Shown here: one piece after another, positions 52,001 to 64,000 of the stretch
Numbering within the stretch: position 1 is the stretch's first letter
Layout: the number at the start of each line of letters is the position of its first letter
Assembly (NCBI RefSeq): GCF_964355755.1
Contig: NC_092675.1
Coordinates: 4,149,812-4,213,811 of the forward strand
Direction: 5' to 3'
Origin: Antedon mediterranea
Taxonomy: Eukaryota; Animalia; Echinodermata
Length of the DNA: 64,000 bases
Position numbers and translations under genes: made by a program
Notes under the pieces: model-generated
The model's input: the letters and a program-made list of their open reading frames with translations, nothing else
The model's database searches: none
Told to the model about the DNA's origin: nothing

Positions 52001-55000
52001 TCTTTAAATTCTACTTTTTTCTGTAAAAGGTGTGTGAGCAAAGGTGAGGAGGATTACCGTCCACTGTTTGAAAATTTCGTTCAAGATCTTTTATCAACTG
52101 TGAATAAGCCGGAATGGCCAAGTGCAGAACTACTACTAAGTCTTCTTGGAAGGCTCTTGGTAAGATTACACAATTTACATTGTAACATATATTCTCTCTC
52201 ATTTTGCGTCCTTGAGTCTAAGGCTTATATTGGTATTGTAAAATGTAATAAACTAAGACAATTTCATTTAGAAATGATATCTTATAACAACTTTATTAAA
52301 AAAAAAAAATAAATAAAAAATCTTGTATATGATATATTTAAATAAACTATTGTGTAGTAGCATGTGTATTGTGTTTCAAAAGTATTTTATATGAAAGTCA
52401 TAGATATTTTTATCTTGTATAGTTGAAATTTAAACCTAATTAAATTCTCCTTAGATGCGGCAATTTAGTAACAAGTCGAACGACATGACAATGCGTGTGT
52501 CATCGCTAGAATACCTTGGTCAGATTGCTAGTAGATTAAGAGGGGACGCAGTATCAAGTCAAACCGACCAATCAGCAATAGACGCTATCGTTGCAGAGGT
52601 TTGTTTACTGATTGTTATATTTTGTTTAGGCTTTTAGTGATTACTGATATAAGAGTAGATGATTTATAAGGTCTGCACTGATAGTATGTATCATATGTTA
52701 ACAGAAAAACCAGGATAGGATAGAAAGATGACTTTTTCACTCAAGCTCCAGAATACTGTTCTGTGAGCTCTCGTGTGGGAGCTTCAAAGTGCTGGAGAAC
52801 AGAGCGGTCTAAATGGTTCCTCTGCTTTTCTTTTTTTGGTTATCTTATGATATTTTATGGATAATTTTTGTGAGTAAAGCGCTTACAAACATTGTATTAG
52901 GCGCCATATAAGACTACCATTTAATATCATTATTAAATTTTTTGGTCAACGTTATTTTTTAGGTCAAATTATCTACCAAAGAATCAAGTATAAGGAATAG
53001 AAAAGGAAATAGAATTTTAGACAGTGAAGATGAAGATGAGGAGGAAGAGAATGAGAAAACTGAGCAGGAGATAAAAGCCCATCGGACACAAGCCTTACAG
53101 AAGTCAATGCTGGATTATTTAGCATATAACGGACAATCAGATCCTTCCGTATTAGTAAGTCATTGTTAGATTTTTTAGCTTATATATTTAGATCTTCATT
53201 CATTATTAGTATACAAATAAATGAGTTGATGAGGAAAATATTGTTTGATTGGTAATTGAATGAATTACTATTTTATTAAATGTGATGGAGTTGAATAGGA
53301 CAGGCTTTCAATGTGAGCTGTTATAGACCGCTCATACATGGTACTTGTTATTCACCAGCCTACCACATTAAACAAAATTATCCAACTGTGAATAAAGTAA
53401 TTAGTAAATTCACTCATTGAAATGTGAGAAAAATGTATGGCATGTGAGATGAAGTGAAACCAATCAAATGGCAAGAATACACTTAGATGATTATCAGTAA
53501 TAACATTATGAAGTATAGTATTGGGGACTTTATTATGAATGGTATTCCATAAATTAAAGCATTTATTAGTCCACCAGAGAAATTAGATTTCTCTTTATAA
53601 TCAATTATCAATAACAGATTTATTTTTATTTTATTCTACCAACTATTTTTTTTCTTTACTTTTATACTTCTATGTTGGTTAGTATTGTTTCTTCCAACTA
53701 TTTTCTGTGACTAAATTCAAATTCTGAAATTGGATCAACTTATTTCTCATTTGGTCTTTTTGTATCTTACTTGTGTGTCAAACATATACTGTGCTGTACC
53801 ATGAAAGTTTGTATTTTAAACAAAGAAAATGGTTTATATTATCTGTTTAAATTTTACAGTTTGCGAGGCAGTATTACATTGCAGAGTGGATGACGGATAT
53901 TAATGCCGAAGTAGAGAAAATAATAAAAAGAAAACAAGAAAGCAATGGAGAAAATGAAGAGGATGAAGATGAAACGGAATCCGAGAAAATAGCAAAGTTA
54001 CTTGAGGCAGCAGAACAGCATAAAGACTATTTACAGTGCTCAGTTGAAGTTGATGTCAGGCCTATCAGCATTAGGTAAGTTTCAACTAGTAAGCACTTAT
54101 ACAGAGGAAAATGTTCGTTTAAATTTAGATAGTGGCATCCAATAGAATACAAATAAGAACAGCAGGGATTTTGATTTTGCCACTCCTCATTCACTCATTG
54201 TTTAGATCTTTCAATATAGTGTCAAACTTTATATGCGCCCATATATGCACATGATAATGTCGTATCACTAGTGTAGACAGAGCTTAACAATTTGCCTCTA
54301 GTAAGCCTACATTGTATCATACCAGATCATTCTCAACTATGTTCAGCTGGCAACAGCAATGTTACTAAAGTGTGTTTACCTGCACAAGAAATATGGTATT
54401 TAATTTATTTACTTTATAAAATTTTTGTATTCCAGACGAACGAAATGCAAATTGACATACAGTACTGCAGGCCTAGTTGTTCGATATCTAGCTTCAGCTA
54501 GACCTTTTTCACAGAGTTTTGACATCTATCTATCACAGGTAACTATTTATCTGATTCTGTGATTGGTCTTATTTATGAAAAAATATTCTTTTAAAATTGG
54601 GTGACAATGTTGTAATCTTCCTCCAAGAATTGACAATGCTCTGATGGTTTTTATTACCTTTATAACATATCTTATAGTGTGAATATTTTTATATGTGCAA
54701 TGTTTGTTTTTCATTATTGCATTTTGTGTGTGTAGAAACATACATAAGAAGCATATGCATTGTAACAACACCACATAATTTACGCGGTGTTATCTCAAGC
54801 ATTTCTTATTGTAACAAATAACGTTACAGAGTAAATCATAAACCAGGTTATTAAAACGTTATTGTCATCTTTCGAAATTAATGGATTATTTTGTGTGATA
54901 GATCTTGCGAGTTTTAAATGAAACTGCTGTAGCTATTAGGACAAAGGCAATGAAGTGTTTAGCAGCTGTTGTGGAGGCAGATCCAGACATTCTTAAGCGG

Positions 55001-58000
55001 GTAAGATTGTGATCAAATTTAAATTTAGCTTGATAACTTAATTTTAGAAAGCATTGTTTTATTTCTGGTCATATAATTGACATTAGTTGGATGTGTATTA
55101 TGATTAGAAGAATGTGTAATTTGAGAGAAAAAAAATATAACTTGACAGAAATACAGTCTACCTACTTTGTCATCTGCCATTTGACAGGCCCATGACAGTC
55201 TTCTTTCTCCATTTTTCTCTTAGTTACGAATATGTATTTTTATTGGTTAATTTGATTTTTAATTTATCCATAAAATATGTGAAATATAACCTCCTTGGAG
55301 GGGGTAATTAAAATTTAATTTTTAAAATAGCTACGGCGACATGTAATAGGTGACTGAGAATTTCCCAATAAGTCGTTTCAATGATATTGGTCTATAAGAT
55401 TTTAAAATCTATACGTCTGTATTAATATCAGTATGGCCCCATGGAAGTTATTACTGCTGTTATCTCCCCAAAAGCGGTTTTCATGTGTTTGGCAACGATG
55501 TTCTGAGGCCTAATATACAATGAACTTTTTACTTGCAGAGTGATGTTCAAAAGAGTGTACATTGTCGTTTTATGGACCAATCAACAAGTGTACGAGAAGC
55601 AGCTGTGGACCTTGTAGGGCGGTTCATCCACATTAAACCGGATTTAGCTGACCAGTATTACTGTATGCTCATAGAGAGGATATTAGTAAGTGTCTTAGAA
55701 TCTTATGTAACTTTGTTCTAATATGTAATAATAAATGGTTGTTTGTTATTTATTTATACTTGGTGACCTCTTTAGTCAAAGACTGGTGTCCAAAAGGGCC
55801 CAGGTATGATCAGTGGCTGTGATGTACTAGTACACCGGGTTAACCCCCTACTCGACTCCAAAGATGTATTCTTTAAATTTGCTGTATACAATGGACCTAC
55901 GGTTTATAGTCCTTATCCGTAAAGACTTGTTCTACCACCAGAACCATGGAGCGAGTGAGACTCGAACCCTTGCCCATGTTATGGCTACGAAATTAATGTT
56001 CCAATGTTTTAACCGCTTAGCCACTCACTCACTAGTCATATTTGATGGAAGAATTAATGTTTTCTCCCCACAAAATAAGTCATCCACACATAAAACGGTT
56101 TGAGATAGTTGATTACAAATTATTTTTAAAAACTTATTGGTTCAAATCTTTAGATATATTTACTTTTCCTGTTCCACTTTTAAACGTAATAAATTACATT
56201 GTCTTTATTCTCTGATCTACTAAATCTTTTCTTGTGTCTTTAAATTGTCTTTAACAACAAATTTTTATTCAATAGGACACGGGTATAAGTGTAAGGAAAA
56301 GAGTGATCAAGATTCTACGAGACATCTGTGTAGGGATGCCAGATTTCCGACGAGTAGTTGAAATCTGTGTCAAGATCATTAGAAGAGTGAATGATGAAGA
56401 AGGTATCAAGGTAGGTTGAAACATTAGAATTTTTGAAATCCTTTAAAGGTAGGTTCAAACATCAGACTAAATACCTTAAATGGCTTATACAGATTTATGA
56501 AATATATTATTATTCATTTTTATCATCACAAATGCCCTGCTATTAGGAATATATCTGTAGCCCAATACTTTCTTTTTCGGAGGTAAAATAGTAAGTAGTA
56601 CTTATATCTCAAGCAGTACTAGACTGGTAGAATTAAAAAATGTCTGAAAATGTATTTGTTTATTTAAAGCTCAGGTACAGGCATGAATTTTAAATATAAT
56701 ATTTGGTTAATTGTACATAAATCAAATATTTGTAACAGAAATCGAGACGAAAAAACATGAATTTCCCTTAATATGGTCAAATACAAAATTTGGCAAAATT
56801 CTTCCATAAAAATCAGGAAGACTTTTTTTCAGTAGTTAGGTAGTTAACCTAATGTAATAACATGTCTGGTGGAGTGGAGTCTAATCTTACGATATTTTCT
56901 TTTCAGAAATTAGTAAATGAAACATTCCAAACAATGTGGTTTACGCCACTTCCTGTATCAGAAGCCGACAAGCTCTTAAAAAGGGCGCACAACATTATAG
57001 AAGTCGTCGCTGCTTGTAAAGATACAGGCTACGATTGGTTAGAACAACTGCTTTATAATGTAAGACACAATATTTTGACTTTATGAGAGAAATTTTGAAT
57101 ATAATAAAACTAAATTTTTGAAAACATTTGTTTATAACACTGTCACACCTACTGTTTTAAAGTGAAATTTTATTCAATTACTTTGCTGCTTCTGTCTTAA
57201 ATCGAATGTCCAAGGCTCATTAAAATTATCCGGCATTCTGGATTTGACTGAAGAAGAAATCAAAATGCTCAATCAAAACTTACTACTAATAATTATGCAG
57301 TAATTATGCCTGAAATCTATACTCTAATCTATTACCTTAAAAATCTGTTTTTATTAAATGTGTTTTTTAGTTATTGAATCTATACACCAATCTATTACCT
57401 TACAAATCTGTTTTTATTAAATGTGGTTTTTAGTTATGGAATCTATACACCAATCTATTACCATAATAATCTGTTTTTATTAATGGTTTTTTAGTTATTG
57501 AATCTATACACTAATCTATTACTTTAATCTGTTTTTTTTTAAATTGTTTTTTTTTAGTTATTGAAAGATGAGGAAGAACAAAAGTCTAAACCAGTACAGA
57601 AAGCATGTGTCCAAATTGTTGATTGTTTAGTTGAACATGTATTAAGACTAGAAGAAAAGGCAATAGGTAAGAACATTTAAGCTCTGTCTACACTATCAAA
57701 CTAGTTGGACAAACAAAATGCATTGGGGCCAAATATGGTAGTGATATGCCCAAATATGGTAGTGATATGACATCATTATGTCCAAATATGGGCACATCAC
57801 ATATTTTTGATAGTGTAGACAGAGCTTTGTATATTTAAATGAAGAATTCTTCTTATGGATGGTTGTATGTATCAATCATAACAATAATCAATACCATTTA
57901 GTTTACCCTTGTGGCTTTAAAGTAGAAACAGTGGAAGTTATAAATATGAGATGATGTTATTTTGTACATTTTTGAACTAAATATGTTTTATTTTATATTT

Positions 58001-61000
58001 ATTTTTACAGAAATCTCTGCTGAGGGTAAAGTAAGCAGTCTTCAACTAGTTTCATGTTTACAGACCCTCTACCTCTTCAGTAAAGTTAAGCCCGAGTTAA
58101 TGGTAGCCCACTCCACAACATTGCAGCCCTACCTCAGCACCAAATGCAGTGTAAGTGATATATTGTCCCCTTGAAAATATGATGAATAATTTTAATGTTG
58201 TTGTTGTTGTTTCACTTTACAAATTTAGTTTGATAATAAAATTAGCTACCTGATTAAACCATAATTTCAAGGGGAAAAAAGTCCACCGAAAACACAATGT
58301 TTTAATGCCATCAAAGTCAATGTGTTTATGGTTAAAATCAATTTGATTTTGAGGTGATTGAAAATAAAGAATGTGCCTGTTCAATGTTTAATTTTGTTTA
58401 TCTATATATATTAATGTCATCTTAAACTCCAGTGACCGTATTCACCAATCATACTTAAGTGAGATGTTTCCCTTAAATATTATTATTTCACTTAACTCGA
58501 CAAATATTCATTAATTCATTCAATTGGTTGATTCAATTTTCAATAAATGTTCTCCATACATAAAATAATAATTATATAAACACGCACGATAATAACCAAT
58601 AAAAAACATAGTATGTGTAGAAGGAAACCTATATCAGCTTTAAACTTTATGCCTAGGCTCCCAGAAAAAAATAATATTCACTTAGATACTTTCCCTTAGC
58701 CCAAGTGTGAATGGTGAATACGGCAACTGGATCTCAATTTCACAGTTTTGCTACTGTAATTACTACTAATTCTTGTCATTTAATCTAATAATACTAATTC
58801 TGTTTATAGACTCAAGGTGACTTTCTTGTTGTGCATAACGTTGCACGCATACTGGAGTTAGTGGTTCCCCTTATGGACCATCCAAGTGAGATGTTCTTAT
58901 CTAGCCTAGAAGAAGACATGATGAAGTTGATTATTAGGCATGGACAGATGGTGCTACAGAGCTGTGTCAGCTGCCTTGCTGCAGTTGTCAATGATGTTAC
59001 ACATAACTACAAACTTGTGCGAGATTGCTTCCAAAATATATACTGTAAGTCTATCTTATTTGCTGTCATTATAAATTAAAATGCTCTATTTAATTCAATG
59101 CTTTAGTAATATGATGAAAAAATTGTTTTTGCTCTTATTGCTTAATCATTTAAATGCAGATCTTTCTAACCTATCTGGCCCAAATTTAAACATCCTAATG
59201 AGCAAAATGGTTTTTTTTTGTGTGGCAGATTTAAGGCTAGTTTTTCACTAACCTACCCAGGCACAAATTGAAATAGGATGGTTAACCTGGAGTAATTTTT
59301 ACTATATATTCAATATATATATATACAACACGAAGTCACAATAAGCAAATTAACAGTGTCATCGACACATTTAAAAGCACTATAGATGAATTATTATTAT
59401 TACTTTTCAATAGGTATCTTAACAAAATATAAAAAGGAGTATGAGGAATTCCCAGACAACCCTGCCTTAGTAAGGGGAAGGCCTCGCTTACTCCGAGCTC
59501 TATTCACTGTTGGCCTATTCTGTAAACACTTCAATTTTGATGAAACAAAAACAGTAGGAAAGGTAAGATACTTCAATTGCTTTGCATAAATATTTATTTT
59601 TTATATAAAGCTCTGTCTACACTATCAAACTTTGTGACAAAAAAAATGTGATGTGCCCATATATAAACATGATGTCATATCACTACCATATTTTGACACA
59701 TCACACTTTTTGTCAAACTAGTTTGATAGTGTAGACAGAGCTTTAAGATTATGCCATTTACAGTACACATCAAATTGATTACAAAAAGCACACCTACAGT
59801 ACCCTTGAATTTGTTGAGGAGTGCCATTTGTAGCTCAGTTTTTCAAACTAATTTGATAGTGGAGACAGAGCTTTATAAAGCAGCTTTTTTTTAAATACCG
59901 TCCTTAAAAGTGTATTTTATTTGTTGTTTCAGGTGCCAGTTAGTAAACGTGTCTTCGACACACTATATTTTTTCTGTAACCGAGAAGATGAAGAGATTAG
60001 ACTGAATGCTTTAACAGGCCTTGGGTTTCTGTGCAATAGACATGCTGAATTCATGTTAGATACCCCTGTCAAAACACTCTACTGGAAATTTTTAGAAAGT
60101 GCGGACAACGGCTCGCGGCGTTTACTTTGTCAGGTGCTTAAAAACTTACAAAATTATTTATCAGAAGAGGATGATAAGATGAGGAAGGCTGACGCTGAAT
60201 GTAAGCATGAAATATATTTTGTATTTGTATCAGATTTATGAATGATTCTAAGAAGGCTTTGAAACTAAACGATGCACTAAATTGATACTTTACCTACAGA
60301 TATGTTTAGTTTAAAATCGTAATTAAAAATGACTAGACCCCACACACTAGGGCTTGCCCACATTTTTTAAAATTTTGTATAGCATAGCAACAGGTTTTTG
60401 ACTTTTTGACAACATTTCTCAGTTCACTGGTATAAATTACATTTGATCATAATAATAGTTTATTACAACTCCAAATACAATCATAGGTCAAAAGCGTTCC
60501 ATTATAGAGTGGTAACATGAATGATGCATACATCCGTAAATTTTAAACTGCGACCTCTATGCAGTAATTCCCAGGTTGCAGCTTAAAACGCTGAGCGTAA
60601 AACATGTGATCTTATTCATTTGCTTTCACAGTATTTAATTATTGATTAGTTCCAGCCCTGTTTGCATCACTTTGCTGTTGACTTGTTGACCCTCTAGTTA
60701 AATAATACCTCTATAGTATTGATTCAGTTAAATTGACTCAATAATTTAAAGTATGGTAATTTAATGAATTGAAAGTGTAAACATAATAAATAATTGTATT
60801 TTAATGTTTGCAGGGAAGAAGTCTGGACAGAAAGAAGATCTGAAGGAAATGGGTGACGTACAATCAGGGTAAGAAACGCATTAGATATCATTTTCATCAG
60901 TGGCGTTTTATTTCATATCAAGTTACACAATTGCTTCAGAGTATGAATATATTAACCTATTAATGTATTAGTGTTTTATGCATAGCGTAATAAAGAATGT

Positions 61001-63891
61001 GAATTAAGCATTCAGGGTACGAAAAGAAAATGTAATTATCATATGGTTGTTAAATAGCTTGAAATGTATTGATTAAAATGATTATTTGTGTTTTTCATTG
61101 TATGTAATTATATGACATACATATTTTAAAAAATCTTTTGCATTGAGAACAACACACTTATAGGAGGGTGGGCTATAAAATAAAATGTATGCAAATAAAT
61201 AACACCACGCACTATTCAGAATATTCAGAATTCAATATATTGTGTGCATGAATCTCCAACTCTTCCAAACTATTTTTGTAGGGCCAAAATTTAAAAAAAT
61301 ATTTGACACACCAAAAATTCTGTAAAACCAGAGACATTAGGCTAGCCCAAGGGTGTACAGTGTTGAGAGAAGTGACCATATTATAGTAAGGCGACACAAA
61401 TTGAGTTCTTACACCCACGACTTAAATTATATTAATTATATTAAAATATATTTTTTCTTCACAGAATGAGTAGTTCAGTAATGCAAATGTTCTTAAAACA
61501 TGTAATGGAGATGATGCTGCACAGGCAGTCAGTAATACGTATGTCTGCATTACAAGTAGTGGTACTCACATTAAAACAAGGCCTTGTACATCCAGTCCAG
61601 GTATGTATGACCTTTTACAAATACCTCACACCGTTTATATGGTTGATTTGTGCAAATATTTACCAGTAAAGATTTGGGCTTGCACTTTGCTGGTAAATTG
61701 GAATGTCAGACACATTGCTTAAACCCACTCTAGATTTGTGGCATCGAAAATGACATGCCTCATTATTTTATGGAATGGAATGTTACAGTTGTTGATCTAA
61801 AATGTTTAAACATATGCTTCTGGAATTAGATCAAAATGTAGTTTCTTTTTAATTACATAAACTTATAAATAAGGTTCCGTGATCTTTAACATTTGATACA
61901 GAAGTCAGAGGATAGCCTATAAAGAGGACAGTAGCACTCATTATCAAGGCACACAGATATTACATTTTTAAAAAGGACACTTATTTCAGATCTAATTTCT
62001 ACTATCTTAATTTAATAGCTTAAATTTGTTGAATATTTTTCAACAGTACACTCATATTTTATTTATTCTGTATTGTACTTCATCCTCACCGTACAGTGAC
62101 CATATGTCACCATTAACAGGGCTTATAGACATAAAATATAATTGAATCCTATAGTGCTTGTAACAATATTTTAATATAGGCATTAAGAATGGTTATTTTT
62201 TATATACTTGCATAGTGTGTGCCATATTTGGTATGTGCTGGTAGTGATTCTGAGGCTTCTATACGTATCAAGGCAGACCAACAGCTATCAGATATTGACA
62301 GTCGCTATCCAGGCTTTATCCATGTAAGTATGCTTTTAGATTAATTGTAAACTAAAGGTAATAGTATTTTATTCTGGTTCTCAAGCTTAACTAACGGACC
62401 CACAGCAGCCAGCAATGCTGTACATACCAGATCAGAACACCGGGAGACTATACTCTATTTGAATAATTTACCACCTTCTTTAACATACACTATATATGAA
62501 ATAGTACATGCAAATCTATTCTCAAAATAGTGTTTTACCAATTATACTTGGTAAAAAAGATCTGAAAATGCATTTCTTTTTAATTTATTTATTCAATTTT
62601 CTGTCATATACAATATAAAGAAGACAAAACAAATATAAAAGGCAAGGAAAGACCAAATACCTATGCTAGTTGGTCAACCCAGAACAGAGCACGGAAATAA
62701 ACAAAAATAAACATATGTTTGGTTACCTTTTTTAAAAATTACATCCACGATTTATGATATTCCATTAATTTTATTATTAGATGAAAGCTATAGCTGGTAT
62801 TAGGACAGCACTTAGGCTACAAAAGTTATTGAATGGTCATCGGAAGGAGCCACTGAGGGGCATGCGGGTACAAGAGAATGTGGTTAGCCTTTGTACGCAT
62901 CTTTACTCCATGATTAGGAGCCATCGGCAACATAGAAGAGCCTTGTTACTATCATTATTACATCTCTATGATGAAAGTGCAGTAAGTTTTGTTCCCGTTA
63001 TTTTGTATTTTTATTGCATACTTCAGTATATCAACATATCTGTATATAAATGTTTACATCAAACCATTCATGAATACATGTATGACATTTCGAATTGTTT
63101 TCAACAAATCTTTATCAAAAGGATTTACATTGGAGAATACAATTGACATTAATATCTAAGCATAGTTCACAACTGTGATCATACCCTACCAAAAGAAAAT
63201 AATTCAATCCTTCTTTCAATCCAATCTTTATTGTTAATCTTTCATTGTAAAACCCTTCTATAATCAATTCAGTTGTGTAGTATTATGTTGTGCAAAGGCC
63301 CATTGAAAACTAAGAATTGAACAGTTTTAAAGTTTCATTCTATTTGTTTGTTTCTTATCTATTATATATATATTTACTATATATAATTGACAATTTTAAT
63401 TTTAAATATATAACGTGGTAAAAACATAACAATTGGTTGTTTCTCAAATTTTGATAACATTATATCTTTAAAAGGAAGAATCACGACATTTGATTATCTT
63501 AAACACTGTCCAAAATACACATTTTTCAAGCCTGGTTAGAAAGATGAATTTGTGCCGCATGAGGGCTGGGCTCTACGTCATCATGGGGTGGGCTGCGGGG
63601 TGTGGCATGGGAAATTTGATACGTCCGCGTGGTGTATGTGTCCTTTCGCTTTTTAGCATCCATCCGGAGTAGACGTGTTTAAAGATTTTTTGTCCAAAAA
63701 AACATATGTTCATTTTAAATATTTATTTATTTATTTTTCTTCAGAAAACGGATTTGGAAACGTTAGTGTTTGTTGCTGACAACCTATCATACTTTCCATA
63801 TCAAACGCAAGATGAACCACTATTTATTATGCACCATATAGAACTCATAGTCTCCGTGTCGGGCGGAAATCTACTACAGTCTTTCAAAGAG
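40025..63891 (+). CDS. NIPBL: Nipped-B-like cohesin loader (Scc2), 37 coding exons, continues past window end
   Basis: Exons in continuous phase: 40025-40088, 40818-40986, 41694-41818, 42351-42575, 43222-43365, 43502-43662, 44028-44757, 45293(or 45296)-45418, 46178-46255, 46713-46802, 47596-47705, 47865-47951, 48937-49171, 49445-49596, 49942-50022, 50409-50509, 50929-51094, 51512-51591, 52030-52159, 52455-52598, 52963-53154, 53860-54074, 54436-54538, 54902-55000, 55539-55685, 56276-56410, 56907-57059, 57558-57666, 58011-58150, 58810-59044, 59414-59562, 59933-60200, 60814-60868, 61465-61600, 62216-62323, 62781-62981, 63745-63891. Diagnostic peptides: MNGEVPSVPITTLAGISSLTDLL, DYRPLFENFVQDLLSTVNKPEWP, SVREAAVDLVGRF, DTGISVRKRVIKILRDIC, EDLKEMGDVQSGMSS, QGLVHPVQCVPYL. 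Confidence 0.97.
40094..40865 (+). repeat. Six-unit tandem repeat of the NIPBL intron 3' end plus the first ~41-48 nt of exon 3
   Basis: GGATCCTGATCTTAATGTTCTTTATCTTTAG|TGTTATCAGAGCTGCCGTTGCCCTCACCAATGCCCAATACT recurs with periods of 147, 144, 108, 113 and 108 bp. Confidence 0.95.
41072..41200 (-). mobile_element. 5'-truncated third copy of the tRNA-carrying retroposon
   Basis: CTAAACCACCCGATGATATACTGAAAT...AAATCTGTGAGAATGAGAAAATGTCGCCCC matches the reverse complement of ~930-1050. Confidence 0.7.
43058..43197. mobile_element. MITE family A
   Basis: Both TIRs present; ends 24 nt before the exon at 43222. Confidence 0.85.
45030..45205 (-). mobile_element. Deu/Nin-domain SINE, head missing
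   Basis: Matches ~55757-55920. Minus-strand core GGATAAGGACTATACCGTAGGTCC...TAAAGAACC...GTAGGG...CCCCGGTGTACTAG resembles the DeuSINE/Nin domain. Confidence 0.7.
45739..46111. mobile_element. Foldback element with ~145-bp near-perfect inverted arms
   Basis: Arm 45739-45884 is the reverse complement of 45967-46111 with few mismatches; 82-bp spacer. Confidence 0.9.
46933..47080. mobile_element. MITE family A
   Basis: TAA|AGCTCTGTCTACAC...TAGACAGAGCT|TAA, 3-bp TAA target duplication. Confidence 0.85.
47215..47570 (+). mobile_element. RTE-like LINE 3' remnant interrupted by a family B MITE
   Basis: Removing the MITE and one TAA gives KAQNRKEWRNHVRFISKAAQMEKYMDLSATRL*, with the RTE-type AQ(D/N)RxxWR motif, followed by a short AGTA-type tail. 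Confidence 0.55.
47323..47501. mobile_element. MITE family B (Harbinger-like)
   Basis: TAA|AGCGTGGTTCCCACTAG...CTAGTGGGAACCAAGCT|TAA; palindromic interior. Confidence 0.9.
48080..48605. mobile_element. Tc1/mariner (pogo/Tigger-like) non-autonomous element
   Basis: TA|CAGTAGAACCT...AGGTTCTACTG|TA with subterminal TTTTACGT repeats at both ends. Confidence 0.85.
48667..48873. mobile_element. TA-flanked MITE with a nested family A MITE (48756-48848)
   Basis: Outer TA|CAGTGTAATTTCCCAATA...TATTGGGAGCATTGACTG|TA; inner TAA|AGCTCTGTC...GACAGAGCT|TAA. Confidence 0.7.
50070..50235 (-). mobile_element. LINE 3' UTR remnant with (GAAT)n tail
   Basis: Minus-strand stem-loop GGGCCCTCATGAGACAAGCTCTTGCTTCTAGTACGGGCACC, AATAAA, (GAAT)n. 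Confidence 0.5.
50596..50785. mobile_element. MITE family B
   Basis: AGCGTGGTTCCCACTAG...CTAGTGGGAACCAAGCT, flanked by TAA/TTA. Confidence 0.88.
51141..51322. mobile_element. Two family A MITE derivatives (TIR-only 51141-51186; deleted copy 51215-51322)
   Basis: A 46-bp near-perfect palindrome made of two TIRs; the second copy is flanked by TAA/TAA. Confidence 0.8.
54204..54284. mobile_element. MITE family A, degenerate
   Basis: CAAACTTTAT...GCCCATATATG...AGTGTAGACAGAGCT. Confidence 0.6.
55738..56030 (-). mobile_element. Near full-length tRNA-derived SINE with Deu/Nin-like core
   Basis: On the minus strand: A box TGGCTAAGCGG, B box GGTTCGAGTC, core GGATAAGGACTATAAACCGTAGGTCC, (TAAA)n tail. 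Confidence 0.8.
57315..57565 (+). repeat. Four-unit tandem repeat (61-63 bp) of a NIPBL 3' splice site
   Basis: AATCTATAC..AATCTATTAC....AATCTGTTTTT...TTTTTAG|TTAT(T/G)GAA occurs four times. Confidence 0.9.
57680..57826. mobile_element. MITE family A
   Basis: Both TIRs present; starts 13 nt after the exon end at 57666. Confidence 0.85.
58429..58730. mobile_element. MITE family C
   Basis: CCAGTGACCGTATTCACCAATCATACTT / AAGTGTGAATGGTGAATACGGCAACTGG. Confidence 0.75.
59609..59742. mobile_element. MITE family A (plus a solo right end at 59843-59872)
   Basis: Perfect TIRs AGCTCTGTCTACACTATCAAACT / AGTTTGATAGTGTAGACAGAGCT. Confidence 0.9.
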
Positions 63892-64000
63892 GTAATGACA
63901 TTGTTTTTAATACCGATGATAAATTGTTATTATCCCCTTGATTAAAATATTAATTATATTATAACCATGTTTAGGTTTAAAAGGTGAATGTACTTACTAT

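Overview
AT-rich, intron-rich animal DNA (invertebrate, probably deuterostome and possibly echinoderm, which is an inference). It contains three spliced genes that I assembled by hand with GT-AG boundaries and continuous phase. (1) The 3' 12 coding exons of a pikachurin/EGFLAM orthologue (+, 15146-25435); no upstream exon was recognised in 1-15 kb. (2) A complete 13-exon eIF2D/ligatin gene (-, 37461-29743, 600 aa). (3) NIPBL/Scc2 (+, ATG 40025, 37 coding exons to 63891, running off the window), divergent from eIF2D. Non-coding DNA holds about 17 copies of one Harbinger-type MITE, other MITE/foldback families, SINEs, LINE 3' remnants and minisatellites. The most unusual observations are: tandem-duplicated splice sites in NIPBL, including five decoy acceptors before exon 3; a TGATG stop-start overlap that opens a 119-codon basic ORF in the 3' UTR of the re-initiation factor eIF2D; and a retroposed element carrying an internal tRNA-Asp-like cloverleaf with an ATC anticodon. 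Functional roles for these are hypotheses only.
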